Positions 14,516 to 26,899 of a stretch of DNA of 64,000 nt are shown here, one piece after another (within the stretch, counting starts at the first letter, position 1; every line of letters starts with the position of its first letter). Origin of the DNA: the human T2T-CHM13v2.0 reference genome, Homo sapiens; assembly GCF_009914755.1 (NCBI RefSeq), contig NC_060946.1, one strand, 5' to 3'. Below the pieces are notes generated by a model. That model was not told the DNA's origin and did no database searches. It saw only the letters and a program-made list of their open reading frames with translations. The translations under genes were made by a program, and so were the position numbers.

Positions 14516-14617
14516 AGCAGACACTGGGAGCCAGGGTGGTACAGGATGTAGGAACAGGGCTATAGAGAAAGGGAAGAGGTCAACAGAATAGGGTATCAAT
14601 GAGGATGGGGTCAGGAA
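14516..14617 (+). repeat. Local direct repeat A, copy 2 (partner 13292-13393)
   Basis: agcagacactgggagccagggtggtacag...tgaggatggggtcaggaa present in both copies. Confidence 0.95.
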
Positions 14618-14804
14618 CTTGCATAAGCTTGCAGGTAAGTGTAAGGAGAGAGAGGACACAGAGACCAGCAGTCAAGCAAGACATGAGCAGCAATGTTCAA
14701 CTGGATTGCAAGGTCACTGCCTTGGAGATGGAAAATCTATGTGTGAGGGAAGGTCAGGGCAGCTACTTGGATGGAGCATGTCAAGCTGACAGAGAGCCCA
14801 TTTG

Positions 14805-15130
14805 GTCCATCCATCCTATCAACAAATCTCTAGGAACTTCTACCATGAGCAAGGCAGTAAAGTGAAATTTGTAAAAGACAAAGAAATTAGTGTACTTCGG
14901 TCCCTGCCTAAAGTAGGCTCCTGGGCTACTGAGAACTCAAGTACAGATGTGGTACTGTGTCGTAAGTACTATAACATTCAGAGTCTAAGGGAGCACAAAA
15001 GAAGAATTCCTCCCTCAAGTCCACTCGGGGGCCAAGGAAGGCTTTGCAGAGGAGGGGGCAATTGAGTTGGGCATTGATGGCCAAGGAGTTCCGGGGAAAC
15101 CATGTTGAAGCTGGGAGAGTAGAACACCTG
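14805..15130 (-). mobile_element. L2 fragment
   Basis: tccatccatcctatcaacaaatc...ggtccctgcc...caaggaaggctttgcagaggagggggcaattgagttggg. Confidence 0.6.
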
Positions 15131-15324
15131 AAATCCTGTGAAATCCATAAAATTCGTTCCCTGGCTTTTTGGCATTATGCTTCCCCAGCTAAACACCCCC
15201 GGCTACAAGGTCTGCCAACTATCTGCCTTTTCAAATCATGCCTTTTATCTGAAACAGCTTTGAAGCTCCCTGGGCTTACTCTCTTCCATTGTTCAAAGTA
15301 ACTACTGGAAACGCTACCTCTTGG

Positions 15325-15745
15325 CAGTGAACCGTCACTCTGATCCATCGCCAGTGGGAGGTTCAATTGGTACACCCTTTGGAAGAGTAATTTAGAAGAC
15401 TGTTTCAGAAGTCTTTTTTAAATGGCCATGCATTTATTGTTCTGAATAATCCTGTTTCTGGAAATCTATCCCAAGGAAATGATCCTAAATTCGGAAAGAA
15501 AGATAAAAGCTGTATGTGTACGTGTTCACTATATATACTAGCTATATTAAGAGCAAGCTAAATGTTCAGTTATAAGGGAATTAATATTTTTAAGTGGTTC
15601 ATGCAGTGGAATATTATTTAACCATCACAAAGGGCACTTTCTTAGAATATATAAGAGCTCAGAGAAATACTGCTAAAGTAATGTTACATGAAATAGGATT
15701 TCAAGACTTACGGGCAATATGAACACAACTATACAAGAAAAGTAT
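15325..15745 (+). mobile_element. Ancient L1M (L1ME/MC-like) 3' fragment
   Basis: aattggtacaccctttggaagagtaatttag...aatcctgtttctggaaatctatcccaaggaaat...gtggaatattatttaaccat. Confidence 0.65.
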
Positions 15746-16545
15746 GCCTTTGTCATCTTATGACAAAGGCTGGGAAATGAGTAGGAGGAATGTTTCATGC
15801 TCCATTACTGCATCTGGGGAGGTGTTTATTGGTGATATGCAGGAAGCACTGGGACTGTTTAAAAGGAATGGGTTAATGTGCTGTTGAAACCCAAACTGAA
15901 AGTGGCTCTTGCACTTGGGTTTTAAGTGCCCATTCTACTGATACAGCTTGTCTTCCCCTTCTGCCACCCAGACCCAACACAGAGAATACAAGCTTCCCCA
16001 GGGCATGAAAAGAGACAGAGACTGAGAAGGAGACATAAACATAAACCTAGCGGCACAGACACACAAACACTCTCAACAACAGGAAACTCAGAGGGATGGC
16101 ACATTAGAGATACATTGAAGGAAGCAATATTGTCCATGGAAACCAGCTGATAAAGATCTAACTCTTAAAGCAAACTTGGAGCAAGTGCCTAAGTGATGAC
16201 TCTCAATGAACTCATGCCAGTTAGAAGGTCTGAAAACAAGAGCCAGATCTTCCAATACTCCAATCTTCCACACTGAGCAATGTGGAACTCTCAGGAGAGT
16301 CCACATAGCATATCCTCAAAGACACAGATGCCACCCAGACCTGAATTTGGATAGGTCTGCCAATCTCACTGGCCAAGAGCTCACACCAGTTCCTTAGTGT
16401 GGGGAGCTGGAGATCAATAATGGAATCCTCTATTTGGTGTTTGTTTATGCTGTGGATGTTATGACTAAATTTTGTATATCTCCTATTCTGGAAGAATTTT
16501 GGTTTAAGTCATTCTGTTATTTTTACCTTTAAAAATAGAAAGCAA

Positions 16546-16847
<302 letters not shown>

Positions 16848-17564
16848 CTAGATACATATATGTGGATACTTGAAATTATTGTAGTCAAGATTATATTCTC
16901 TAAAGCCACAAAAACAAACAACATAAAAGCAAATCTCCTTAAAGACTGTGGTTTTTTAAATGCTTATTTATACTGGGTGTAATATATATAAACATATATG
17001 TATGCAGGAGAAAAAAGGTGGTTAGAGAAATGTATTTCGGTGTTAACAGTGATTGTCTTTGGCTGATTAAACTGAATGATTTGTTTTATTTTGTTTTTCA
17101 ATGTTTCTGACTTAGACCAATTTTTCTTATTTCTCATGTATTACTTTCATATTCTCAAAAGGAAACCTACTTCGCACATAGATTCTGTTGGAAGTTAATT
17201 GGCAGGGTGGGGTAAGGGGGTTTATAATGCTATTCCATATCCCACCATACAGTTTTGCTGGCAAACAATTCTCATCACACAAGAGCTGTCCCCCGGCTGC
17301 CTACACGCATTGCTAACACTTTATTTCCTTGTGTTTCCTGCTCTACTTGGACATAAATATGCCTGGCTCCAACCCCCACATTGCCCAATGCCTTCAACTC
17401 AGAACGTCTATCTTCTACCAGCTCTATTGCAATCCTAGACCTGATCAGGGGAAATTTAACAGCCTAGGCCAGCGGTTGGTGACCCAAAATCAATGATTCT
17501 GGCTGCTATTCATGTTGTGACCTCGATCCCTACACCTAGTAACTGGGCCATTCCAGGTATGAGC

Positions 17565-17655
17565 TATGGTAGATTGATTGTAGCGATGCCCCCAATTAAA
17601 GGCCTTCCTGTATCTATGCCCTTTCAAATGGGATATTGAACTCCCCACCACCCGA

Positions 17656-17695
<40 letters not shown>

Positions 17696-18149
17696 CTAAA
17701 GATGGTGTCCATTTTTCTTACCTCCTTGAATCTGGGCTGGCTGTGTGAATTGCTTTGGCAAATAGAATGTGATAGAAGCATAGGCCTAAAGAGGATTTGT
17801 CCACTTCTGTTCTCTCTCTCTTTCTCTCTCTCTCTGTCCCCCACTCTCACACCTCTGCCATCATGAGAACATGCCCAGGTAGCATGGGACCACACCCAAA
17901 CTAGCCTGCTGCAGGATGAGAAGACAGCCTACAGCCCACTATGCAGAGAGAGAGTCCTTCCAAGATCCACAGACTTCCTACCAAGCCCATAGATGACTGC
18001 AGAAACCAAGCCCATAGATGAGCCCATCTAAAAGCAGAAGAACCTCCCAGGTGACCAACAGATTCATGGCTGATAATGTTTCTTGTTTTCAACCACAGTT
18101 GTAAGGTGATTTGTCACATGGCATTATTGTGACAATAGATTGTGATACA
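17565..18149 (+). mobile_element. MLT1H/G-like LTR
   Basis: tatggtagattgattg...ccttgaatctgggctggc...ttgctttggcaaatagaatg...gcattattgtgacaatagattgtgataca. Confidence 0.8.
17657..17694 (+). repeat. (CA)19 microsatellite
   Basis: Perfect dinucleotide run. Confidence 0.97.
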
Positions 18150-18514
18150 GAGTTGATACTCCAGTTCCAATGATTGTCTTTTCTCCCAAATCATCTAAAT
18201 CTCTGCCCAAAATGCAGGTCCATGCCCCAGTATCCAGAGAAACTTGAGTCTTGCCATGGCCCTAGAGTGCTCTCTGCTTTGGCCCCAGGGTCTGCCTGGC
18301 CAGATCCTTTCCTAGCCCCTCTTATCAAGACTTTCCAGACATAGTTCCTCTCTGGGCCACTGCCACCAAGCTCCATGTGACCTTGATAGTGACCATTAAC
18401 CTCATTCACTGTGCACAGAGCCCATCCCACAGCCTGTGAACATGGATATACATGAAATGCTTAATGATAAGCACTAAATGTAGAATGATAAGAGCAATTG
18501 GGAAAATGAGGACA

Positions 18515-18742
18515 CCCATGGTTATTAAGCACACAGTCCGTGCCAGACACCATAGTCAATGCTTCTGCTTATCCCATTAATACAATGTCTCTAGTAGTAG
18601 ATGTTATTATCCCCATTGTGATGAGAATATTGAAGTTCAAAGAGTTTGAGTAACTTGTTCAGGATTGCACAATTAATAACTGGTAAAAGTGTGATTTAAA
18701 AGCATGTTTGATTCAAAAACTCTGCTCTTTTCACAGTTGCCA
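18515..18742 (-). mobile_element. MIR SINE
   Basis: gtgccagacacc...ttattatccccattgt...gagtaacttgttcaggattgcaca. Confidence 0.75.
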
Positions 18743-18745
18743 CGA

Positions 18746-19280
18746 GTATCAGTTAGCTATTGCTGAGGAAAAGTCCACCACAAAACCTGAACATCTATTT
18801 GTCACTGGTCTGGGGGATCAGCTGGAGTTTGGCTGACCTCAGCTGGGGTCCCTCATCCATCTGTGGCCAGTGGAGGTAGGGGGAGTGGTGGATCCACTCT
18901 AGGCCTGACTCTAGAATGTCCTGGTGGAAGCAACCTAGCTGGGATATAGCTCAGCTCTACATCCACAGAGGATGATCTCTCTCATCCTCCTACCTTTGGG
19001 GGCCAGCAGGCTAGCCCAGGCATGTTTTTCTCCTAGCAAAGGCAGCAGCACAAAGGAGCAGAAAGAGACAAGCAAGTGCTCTTGAGGCTTGGACTCAGGG
19101 CTGGCACACCATCACTTTGTCTTTTTCTATTAGCCAAAGTGAGTCACATGACAGAGCCCCAAATCAAAGGGTGGAGAAGCATGCCTACCTATAGGGTGAG
19201 AGCCCTGCTAAGTTACATTGCAGAGGCACAGATCCAGGGAAGGGTGAAGTATTGGGCCTATTAGTTAAACTTAGATATCA
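18746..19280 (-). mobile_element. MLT1H-like LTR
   Basis: gtatcagttagctattgctg...ctattagccaaagtgagtcacatgacagagccc...aagttacattgcagagg. Confidence 0.75.
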
Positions 19281-19334
19281 TGTCCCCTTATACCTGTGAG
19301 ATGGTGGCAAAAGTGAATCCTGCAAAGCAATGTC

Positions 19335-19730
19335 TTGTGGGTCAAGAGCATGAGCTTGGAAACAGACTGCCAGGTTCAACTTGCAGTTCTGCCACCTTTT
19401 AGCTGCATAGACTTGGTTGAATTACGAACTTCTCTGTATTTCAGTGACCTCATCTATAAAATAATTAAGCCGACCTCTTAGCATTATTAATGAAGATTAA
19501 ATATAAAGCACTTTGTTTATATGTATTATATGTACAGATAACATGATTGCCTATGTAGAAAATTCCAAAGAATCAACAGAAAAGTTCCTGGAACTAGTAG
19601 GTAATTATAGCATAATTGCAGAATACAAAGTTAATATACAAAAGTCAATTGCTTTCCTATAAAGCAGCAATGAACAATTGGAATCTAAAACTGAAACATA
19701 CATAGCACTTAGTAAATGTGAGCTCTTATT
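19335..19730 (+). mobile_element. MIR split by an internal L1 fragment
   Basis: aacagactgccaggttc...ctcatctataaaat...tataaagcactt | tagcacttagtaaatgtgagct. Confidence 0.7.
19530..19697 (+). mobile_element. Internal L1M ORF2 (RT domain) fragment
   Basis: acagataacatgattgcctatgtagaaaattcc translates to TDNMIAYVENS, matching L1 ADDMIVYLENP; followed by aatatacaaaagtcaattgctttcctata. Confidence 0.85.
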
Positions 19731-20189
19731 ACATAAAGAGGTTATAGGCACAGAGAGCAGGGTGCTTCCTCTTCTGTTCTTCCATTCGTTTGTCTCAATC
19801 TAAACCTCTTTAGGCCAGTTTCAGCCTCTAGCACTCAACATTGGTGTATAATCTCAAAGCACACTGATGAGTATTCTTTGTTATTGACCTCATTTTCCTC
19901 ATGAAAAACTGAACTCTGGAGGAGATCTGGGCTTTATATAAGGTAACAAAGTAACCATCATCATCACCATAATTATCACCATCATAACCCTGGTCTTCAG
20001 GTTCTCGGTCTCCAGGCTCTTACCCAGCCAGTGAGCCATGCTGCTCCTTTAAATAAAATGAGGGGTTTGGAAGAGAAAATGAAGAGAAATCCTTGGGAAA
20101 TTTGAGAGAAATGAGTAAAGAAAAAGAAAATATATCCTTTTACCAGAGTTTTCCTTCTTAACCCTGACTTGGAGTTGCTCTTTGCTCTG

Positions 20190-20405
20190 GAGGAGAGCTC
20201 TAGATGGGCTGGGAGATTTGGATCTCACTTGCAGTATTTCTCAAAAGCAGCTGTGCAAACCCAGGCAAGTCATTCTGCCTCTTTGGGTGTCAATTTCCTC
20301 CCTTGAAAAGTGAAAATGATGTCTCCCTGTCTGTCCTATCAGTGGTAAGGAAAATCAGATGAAATGATGGCTACAAAGGAGCTGTTCAAACTATAAAACA
20401 TAGCA
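20190..20405 (+). mobile_element. MIR (MIRc/MIR3-like)
   Basis: ggcaagtcattctgcctctttgggtgtcaatttcctc. Confidence 0.6.
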
Positions 20406-20407
20406 TG

Positions 20408-20734
<327 letters not shown>

Positions 20735-21669
20735 AGCATGAATGTGAGCATAAGAAAAAAAATGAAAAAAAAATCTCCAATGAGGTTGTGGCCTAGTCCT
20801 TTGCAAAGACATTGAAATTTGGTGTCCTGGTGACTTTCTACATGGTTCCTAGGGAGTAAAGAACATGTCTTCTACACACATACCCTCAAGAGCTCATTAA
20901 TTGCACTGCTGGGTAGAAACACATGCATACACCTGAAAATCTATCACTTATGGTGCTCTAATAATACCTGAGTTTTGAAGCTCAGGAGAAGTCCAAAGCA
21001 GAGACTTGCAGGTACCTAGTGGTCCAATGGAGTGATTGTGCACCAAGGCTTTGAAGCCAAGAAGAATTGGGTTCAAATCATTGACTTACAGTCTGATGCT
21101 CAGATGCATTATTAGAGAAAAGAGGGCAGGGGATGATAATATCAACCTCATAGAGCCATTGTGCCGTATCAATATATATAAATATTTAAAATGAGATAAT
21201 GTCTACAAATCTCATTGATTGAGAAAAAGAAGAGGGAGAGTGATATCTTAAGTGCCAATCCCTTGGTGTGTGTTACCTCCCTGGAATCCTTATAGAGTTC
21301 CTGCATTGTGGTATCAGTCTCCTTCAAAGCTTCCAGATCCTTGTGTGACTCATGCTAACACCTCTACAAATAGAGGGACCAAGGCTGTTAAAATGCTGCC
21401 ACAGATCAGTTGGCTCATGGAAGGAGCCAGGAAAGGCTGAGGAAGGGAACAGCTCATACCATCATGGCACCCAACAGTTGAGCAGCAAAGGCTATGGCAA
21501 GAATAAGTGGAGATATTCTGAATCTTCAGCTCCCAGAGTCCCTCCAGATTTGCTTAGAGACTCACTCCACTCTATGGACCACAGGCACCGGGAGCACTTT
21601 CTGTGACAAAAGAAAATAAACAGAAGGATAAGTAAGAAGTACAATTTTAGGTTATTACAGAAGATTATC

Positions 21670-21870
21670 GCAAACAAATAGACCTAGGTCTAAATCTCAG
21701 CATGCAATTTACTAGCTGGATGGACTTAGGTGGGTCCCGTGACCTCTCTGAGCCTCTTATCTATAAAACAAGAATAATCAAACCTACCATAGGAATGTGC
21801 TGAGGATTAAAGTACATGTCACTTGTAAAACATCTAATCCAAAGCTGGTGCTTAATATATGTTAGTTCTT
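21670..21870 (+). mobile_element. MIR SINE
   Basis: agacctaggtctaaatctcagc...tttactagctg...cctctctgagcctc...tgaggattaaa. Confidence 0.75.
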
Positions 21871-22186
21871 TCTTCTCCTCTTTCCTCTTAACTTCTTGCA
21901 TGTGGAATAAATTATCAAATTAAATATATTTACATTAAAGGCAACATCCAAACAATAGAATTCAAAAGGAATGTAGGGAGAGGAAAAATTCACAGTATCC
22001 ATTCCTTAGAACTTCAGTCCTTATTTTAAAAATAGATTATTACAAACCAATGGGTACTTTGAGAAAATCGTGTCTAATTCTGCCCATTTTGAAGACTGGA
22101 GGATGTAGAACTGATGCCCAGAAAAATAAAATGGCTTGAAAAAATTCACACAGAGAGTTACAGGCAGATCTTGTATTAGAACCCAG

Positions 22187-22490
22187 TGTATTAATCAGCT
22201 ACTGCTGCATAATAAACATCCATCAATCTCAGCAATGTAAAACCTCCATTATGGATTCCTAGGCACCTACCTGTGAATTAGCTGGGCCATGATGGCCAAG
22301 ATACTCTTCTCAGGGCAAGAGAAGCCCCAAGACAGCTCTACCGCCAAAGCACATTTCAAGCCTTTTCTTACATCATCTACTAACTTCCCATTGCCCAAAG
22401 CAAATCACAAGGCCAAGCCCCTCAGTAATGGGGTCAGGGAGTATGCCACATTCAGGGAGGATGACTCAGCCCACGGTGTTCTTGTGGGAA
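22187..22490 (-). mobile_element. MLT1H/I-like LTR fragment within a MIR
   Basis: tgtattaatcagctactgctgcataataaac...ccattgcccaaagcaaatcacaaggccaagccc. Confidence 0.65.
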
Positions 22491-23229
22491 TGGTGGGAGA
22501 TAGAGAGAGAATATAAATGCCTGCAGTACAGGCAGGTAACATGCAAGGGTGTAAGTGGGCCAAGACGAAAGGCAATAAGGAGAGGTAGGGCGTGTGGAAC
22601 TGTGAGACCATGCCTTCAACTCCAACTGATTGTTGCTAGATCGTATCTTTCAAGAGATGCTGACATGAGGATCTCTATAAAGAAAGCTTCCTCTGTCTTA
22701 AATCAATGAGCAGGACAACAGAACAAGCTGATGGGCCACATTTCCTCGAGCCCTGCTCTTCACCACATTACCTGTCCCTAAGGTTCTTGTTGGTCTTTCT
22801 GTGACTGAGGATCTCAGTGTGAGTCCCTAGAAATATTCACAAGACTCAGATCATGGCAACAGGTGAAATGGCAGCCCTGCCACATCCTGAGTTGACAGTA
22901 TGTAGCAGGTGTCCTAAGATTAAGCTGAGTGGTTTTAGGGAAGTAGGGGAAGGAGAAGTCTTACAAATTTAACTCTTAGAGGCAAGAGCCTTTCTTTCAT
23001 CAGGGCTCCAAGCTACAGCAATTTGCACAAGGAGCAATCTGCACATTTTCATCCCGTCTATCTTCCCAGGTTATTAAATATTTCTTGTCTAAGCTAAGTC
23101 GACAAAGTTTCTTCTAACATCTGGAATTTTTAATATCTGAGACTGTTTTGGGGAACTTCATTGTATTCTTCTGCCGACAAGTAAAAAAAAGAATAATAGT
23201 AATAAGATGATGATGATGATAATAATAAT

Positions 23230-23705
23230 AGAATAATAATGAGTCACCATATAATGAACCCTTGCTCTATGCCAGGCACTGTTATAAGCTCCTTATATGT
23301 ACTGATATACTGGATTTTAATTATTCTATAATATAAATGTTGTTCTCCATTTTACAGAATAAGAAACTGAGACACAGAGAGGGGAAATAATCCAACTAAT
23401 ATTATTCAGTAAGTAAAGACATTCATTTTCCCCAATAAATAACTCTTACCAAGCAAGTGACCCACCCTTCAGAAAAAATCTGATGACATCCAAAATTGCC
23501 TTTATGAGTCACAAAGGCAGTTATTTATTAAATATCTACTCTGTGGTCAACATATTTTATTGAATTCTCACAATAGCACCATGGGGTGTGCCTAATCCCC
23601 ATTTTCTCCATAGGAAATTAAGGCTCAGAGATTTGCAATCGTTTCCCCCACTATCTAGATATAATTTGGAAGAAGAGGCTTTGAAACCCACATCGGTCTG
23701 GCTCC
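23230..23705 (-). mobile_element. Two adjacent MIR copies (~23230-23420 and ~23520-23705), preceded by an (AAT/GAT)n tract
   Basis: tatgccaggcactgttataagc...ccattttacagaataagaaactgagacacagag; ccccattttctccataggaaattaaggctcagag. Confidence 0.7.
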
Positions 23706-23740
23706 ACTGGAAGACAGAGGCTCCAATTTAGAAATGAGGC

Positions 23741-24744
23741 CGCGATATTATGATATATGTATATGTTGGTTTTTGCCCACAGTTCCTGGCTCATAACTCA
23801 CAGTTTTTTGTTATGATGTTGGGGAGCTTTAGGCCTCAGAAGCAGGCCTCAGAAAACAGAATCTGTCTCTCTCTCTGACCTTCCCCTGCCCACCTTTCAC
23901 CAGCTCAAAGCAAGACTCCAATCTTCCCCTGCCTTTCTGATTGAGACCCTCGCTCCACAGAGGATCCTGCCTCATACCCTGGAGGGGAGAATGCTGCAGA
24001 GAGGCCCAATCATATTTTGACATGGTTGTCCATGTTTCAATCACGCCTGTGCAAAGTAGTCTCCACAAAGGGCCCAAGAGGACAAGTTCAGGAAGGTTTT
24101 GGATAGCTGAACACATGGAGGTTCCTGGAGGGTGGCCCGCCAGAGAGGGCATGCAAGCTCTGCACCCTTCCCCCATACCTCACCCTATGCATCTACTATC
24201 TGTATCCTTTGTAATATCCTTTATAATAAACAAGTACATAATTGTTTCCCTGAGTTCTGCAAGCAACTCCAGCAAATTAATCGAACCCAAAGAGGGAGTC
24301 GTGGGAACCCCAACTTGAAGCTTGTTGGTCAGAAGTTTGGAGGCCTGGACTTGTGACTGGTGTCTGAAGCAGGAGGAGGGTAGGGGAGAAGTCCTGTGGG
24401 ACTGAGCCCTCACCCTGTGGGATCTGACGCTGCTTCCAGGTGGACAGAAGAGGTCAGATAAGAGATCTGAAAATGAAGAGATCGCATCTGCTCTGACAAA
24501 AGGGCATATGAGATGGTTTTGCCTGGGCCCTAAATCCAAAAAGCATTTTAACCAATCAACCCTTAGATACAGGGTGTCCTTAGAGGACACCCAGCTGGTG
24601 TCTGCTGCAGAATTGATTGCTTATTTGTTGGTGGGGAGAAACCCTTCACATTCGGACACAGAAGTCTTTTGTCTGTATTGATTGTGGTGTTGAGTAACAG
24701 AATAGACAAACACACTTTGAGTTTATGGGGTTTTTTCACCCACA
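23741..24744 (+). mobile_element. MER21A-like solo LTR carrying a 127-bp foreign insertion
   Basis: cacagttcctggctcataactc, ggatagctgaacacatggaggttcctggagggtg, gaggacacccagctggtgtc; 5-bp TSD GAGGC at 23736-23740 and 24745-24749. Confidence 0.88.
24445..24571 (+). repeat. Local direct repeat B, inserted copy (partner 26730-26860)
   Basis: 13 mismatches and one 4-bp indel over 127 bp by manual alignment. Confidence 0.95.
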
Positions 24745-24825
24745 GAGGCTCATAAATTCTTACTTACCTTCCCTCCCAGGCCTTCCCTCCCATCAAAGTT
24801 CCAGACTCATCACAGCCTCCCCAGA

Positions 24826-24904
24826 GCCTAAGCCAGAGATCCTGAAAGTCAGGTCCTGCCTTCCTCTGGCCTAAGCTGGAGATCCTGAAAGTCATGGTCC
24901 TGCC
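24826..24904 (+). repeat. Near-tandem 35/36-bp duplication (24826-24860 and 24869-24904)
   Basis: gcctaagccagagatcctgaaagtcaggtcctgcc vs gcctaagctggagatcctgaaagtcatggtcctgcc. Confidence 0.9.
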
Positions 24905-25709
24905 ATGACCATGATAAAAGGTCATGGCCTTTTTATCTCACCAAGTGTGGTGCCTGCTCCTTCACATGCTTGGAGAAGGTTATGACCAGGACTGCTCTCT
25001 GACCTCTTGTCCTCTTGCTATCCTCAACTTCTCTTCAGCAACCCACATCCAGCTTGCCTTTTAATACTGCAATAAGGTCGATCTCGTAAAATCATGGGCT
25101 TCTAGAAACTTTGCTAGCATAATGAAACTTAGAGATGATCTAGTCTACCCTCTTAGTTTATCAGAGAAATTATGAGGCTTCCTGAAAACGCCAGCCCACA
25201 CTGATCCCTAACCCTCCACACTCTCTTTTGTGTGGATTTTATTGTTGTTGTTGTTGATACCATGCATATGAGCACTATATATTTGTCTTATATTTTTTCT
25301 GATGGTCTTTTGTGTATCTTGTCTTACAATGACAACATCAAACAATCAGACCTTCAAGCCAGAGGAGCCCTTATAAATTCACTGGGCAGAGTACCTTCAT
25401 TTTCCTGCTGAAGAGATGAGTAGAAAGAAGGACCAAGACACACCCAAATCCCACCACCTCCAACACTGGAGGAGCACAGACCAATGAATTTTAAGACCAG
25501 CCCCCTTGTACTCTACCAAAAGTAGGTGACAACTTCCATTGGCTTTACTTCCTAGAGTTGTCCAATAAAGACCAGTTGAATAGAGTGTAGAGATCATCAC
25601 CCATTCAAGGTAACCAAACCAACTCTGAAACCAACAGGCCCAGCAATGAATGCTTAGAGGCAAGAGAGACTGTATAGAAGAATACATAGGTGCAGAGTGA
25701 ATACACTAA

Positions 25710-26320
25710 AAATAATACTAGCTAAAATGTATTGAGTCCTCAGCAGTTGGCATGTATCAACTCCTTTAATCCTCACAATAATCTATGAAGGAGGTTGATA
25801 TAATTTGGCTGAGTCCCCACCCAAATCTCATCTTGAATTGTAGCTCCCATAATTCCCACGTGTTGTGTGAGGGCCTCTGTGGGAAATAATTGAATCATAA
25901 GGGTGGTTCCCCCATACTGTTCTCATGGTAGTGAATAAATCTCATGAGATCTGATGGTTTTATAAGGGTTTTCCCCCTTTCGCTTGACTCTCATTCTCTT
26001 TGCCTGCCATCATGTAAGACATGCTTTTGCTTCTTCTTTGCCTTCTGTCATGATTGTGAGGCCTCCCAGCCATGTAGAATTGTGAGTCCATTAAAACTCT
26101 TTCCTTTATAAATTACCCAGCCTTGGGTATGGCTTTATTAGCAGCATGAGAATGAACTAATACAGAGGTATTATTATTATTCCTCTTTTACAGGTGAAAA
26201 AACCAAAGCACACAGAGATAAAGTACCCAAAGTCACACAGCCAAAAAGTGGCACAGCCAGGACTCAAGCCCAGCCTGTCTGGGTGCAGAGCATGTACCCA
26301 CAATCCTTGCACCATAGCCT
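25710..26320 (-). mobile_element. MIR split by a THE1 LTR
   Basis: tttaatcctcacaataatctatgaaggaggt | attattattattcctcttttacaggtgaaaaaacc...aagtcacacagcc. Confidence 0.8.
25796..26164 (+). mobile_element. THE1B-like solo LTR
   Basis: tgatataatttggctgagtccccacccaaatctcatcttgaattgtagctccc...gaactaataca; perfect TSD GAGGT. Confidence 0.95.
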
Positions 26321-26729
26321 CTTGATTAATGCATCTCCTCTCACTGTTAGCTCCTTGAGAGCATGGGCACTGTCTTGTTCACTACTTTATCCCCAGCACA
26401 CAGCAAGGCAGCCAGAATTGAAAACTTATTGACCTAAATCAAACTGAACTGAAAAGTCTTTTATCACATGGCCAGGAGAAAGGTGCCATCATCCACTTGC
26501 TAATAGGGTGATCCAAAGAAAGTAGCTTGATCTCAACTCCTCTCAGTATATATAAATGGGGACAGTAGTACCTACGTCATTGCATTAACTCCAGTTGTAT
26601 TTAAGATAATGTTTATAAAGTGCCCGGCACATGATAAGTGGTCAACAGTGGTAACTGGTGTTATTAATGGTGGCAGGGAAAGCAAGACAAGAAAATAAAC
26701 CCCACTGGTGCTGGGACTATGTATGTGCT

Positions 26730-26860
26730 CAGAAGAGGTCAGATCAGAGATCTGGAAATGAAGAGATCACATCTGCTTTGACAAGAGGGGAAATGGGAGG
26801 GTTCCCCTTGCCTGGGCCCTAAGTCCAAAAATCATTTTAGCCAATCAACCCTTAAATACA
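26730..26860 (+). repeat. Local direct repeat B, presumed donor copy
   Basis: cagaagaggtcagatcagagatctgg...ccaatcaacccttaaataca. Confidence 0.95.
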
Positions 26861-26899
26861 AACTCTCACATGAATCTCAGAGTCCGCCTAATTTATGTA

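Noticed and set aside
13292-14617. Direct repeat pair read as LTRs of a novel element or as a CRISPR-like array
   Set aside because: Only two copies, no TG...CA termini, no TSD or primer-binding site, and the interval is mostly ancient L2
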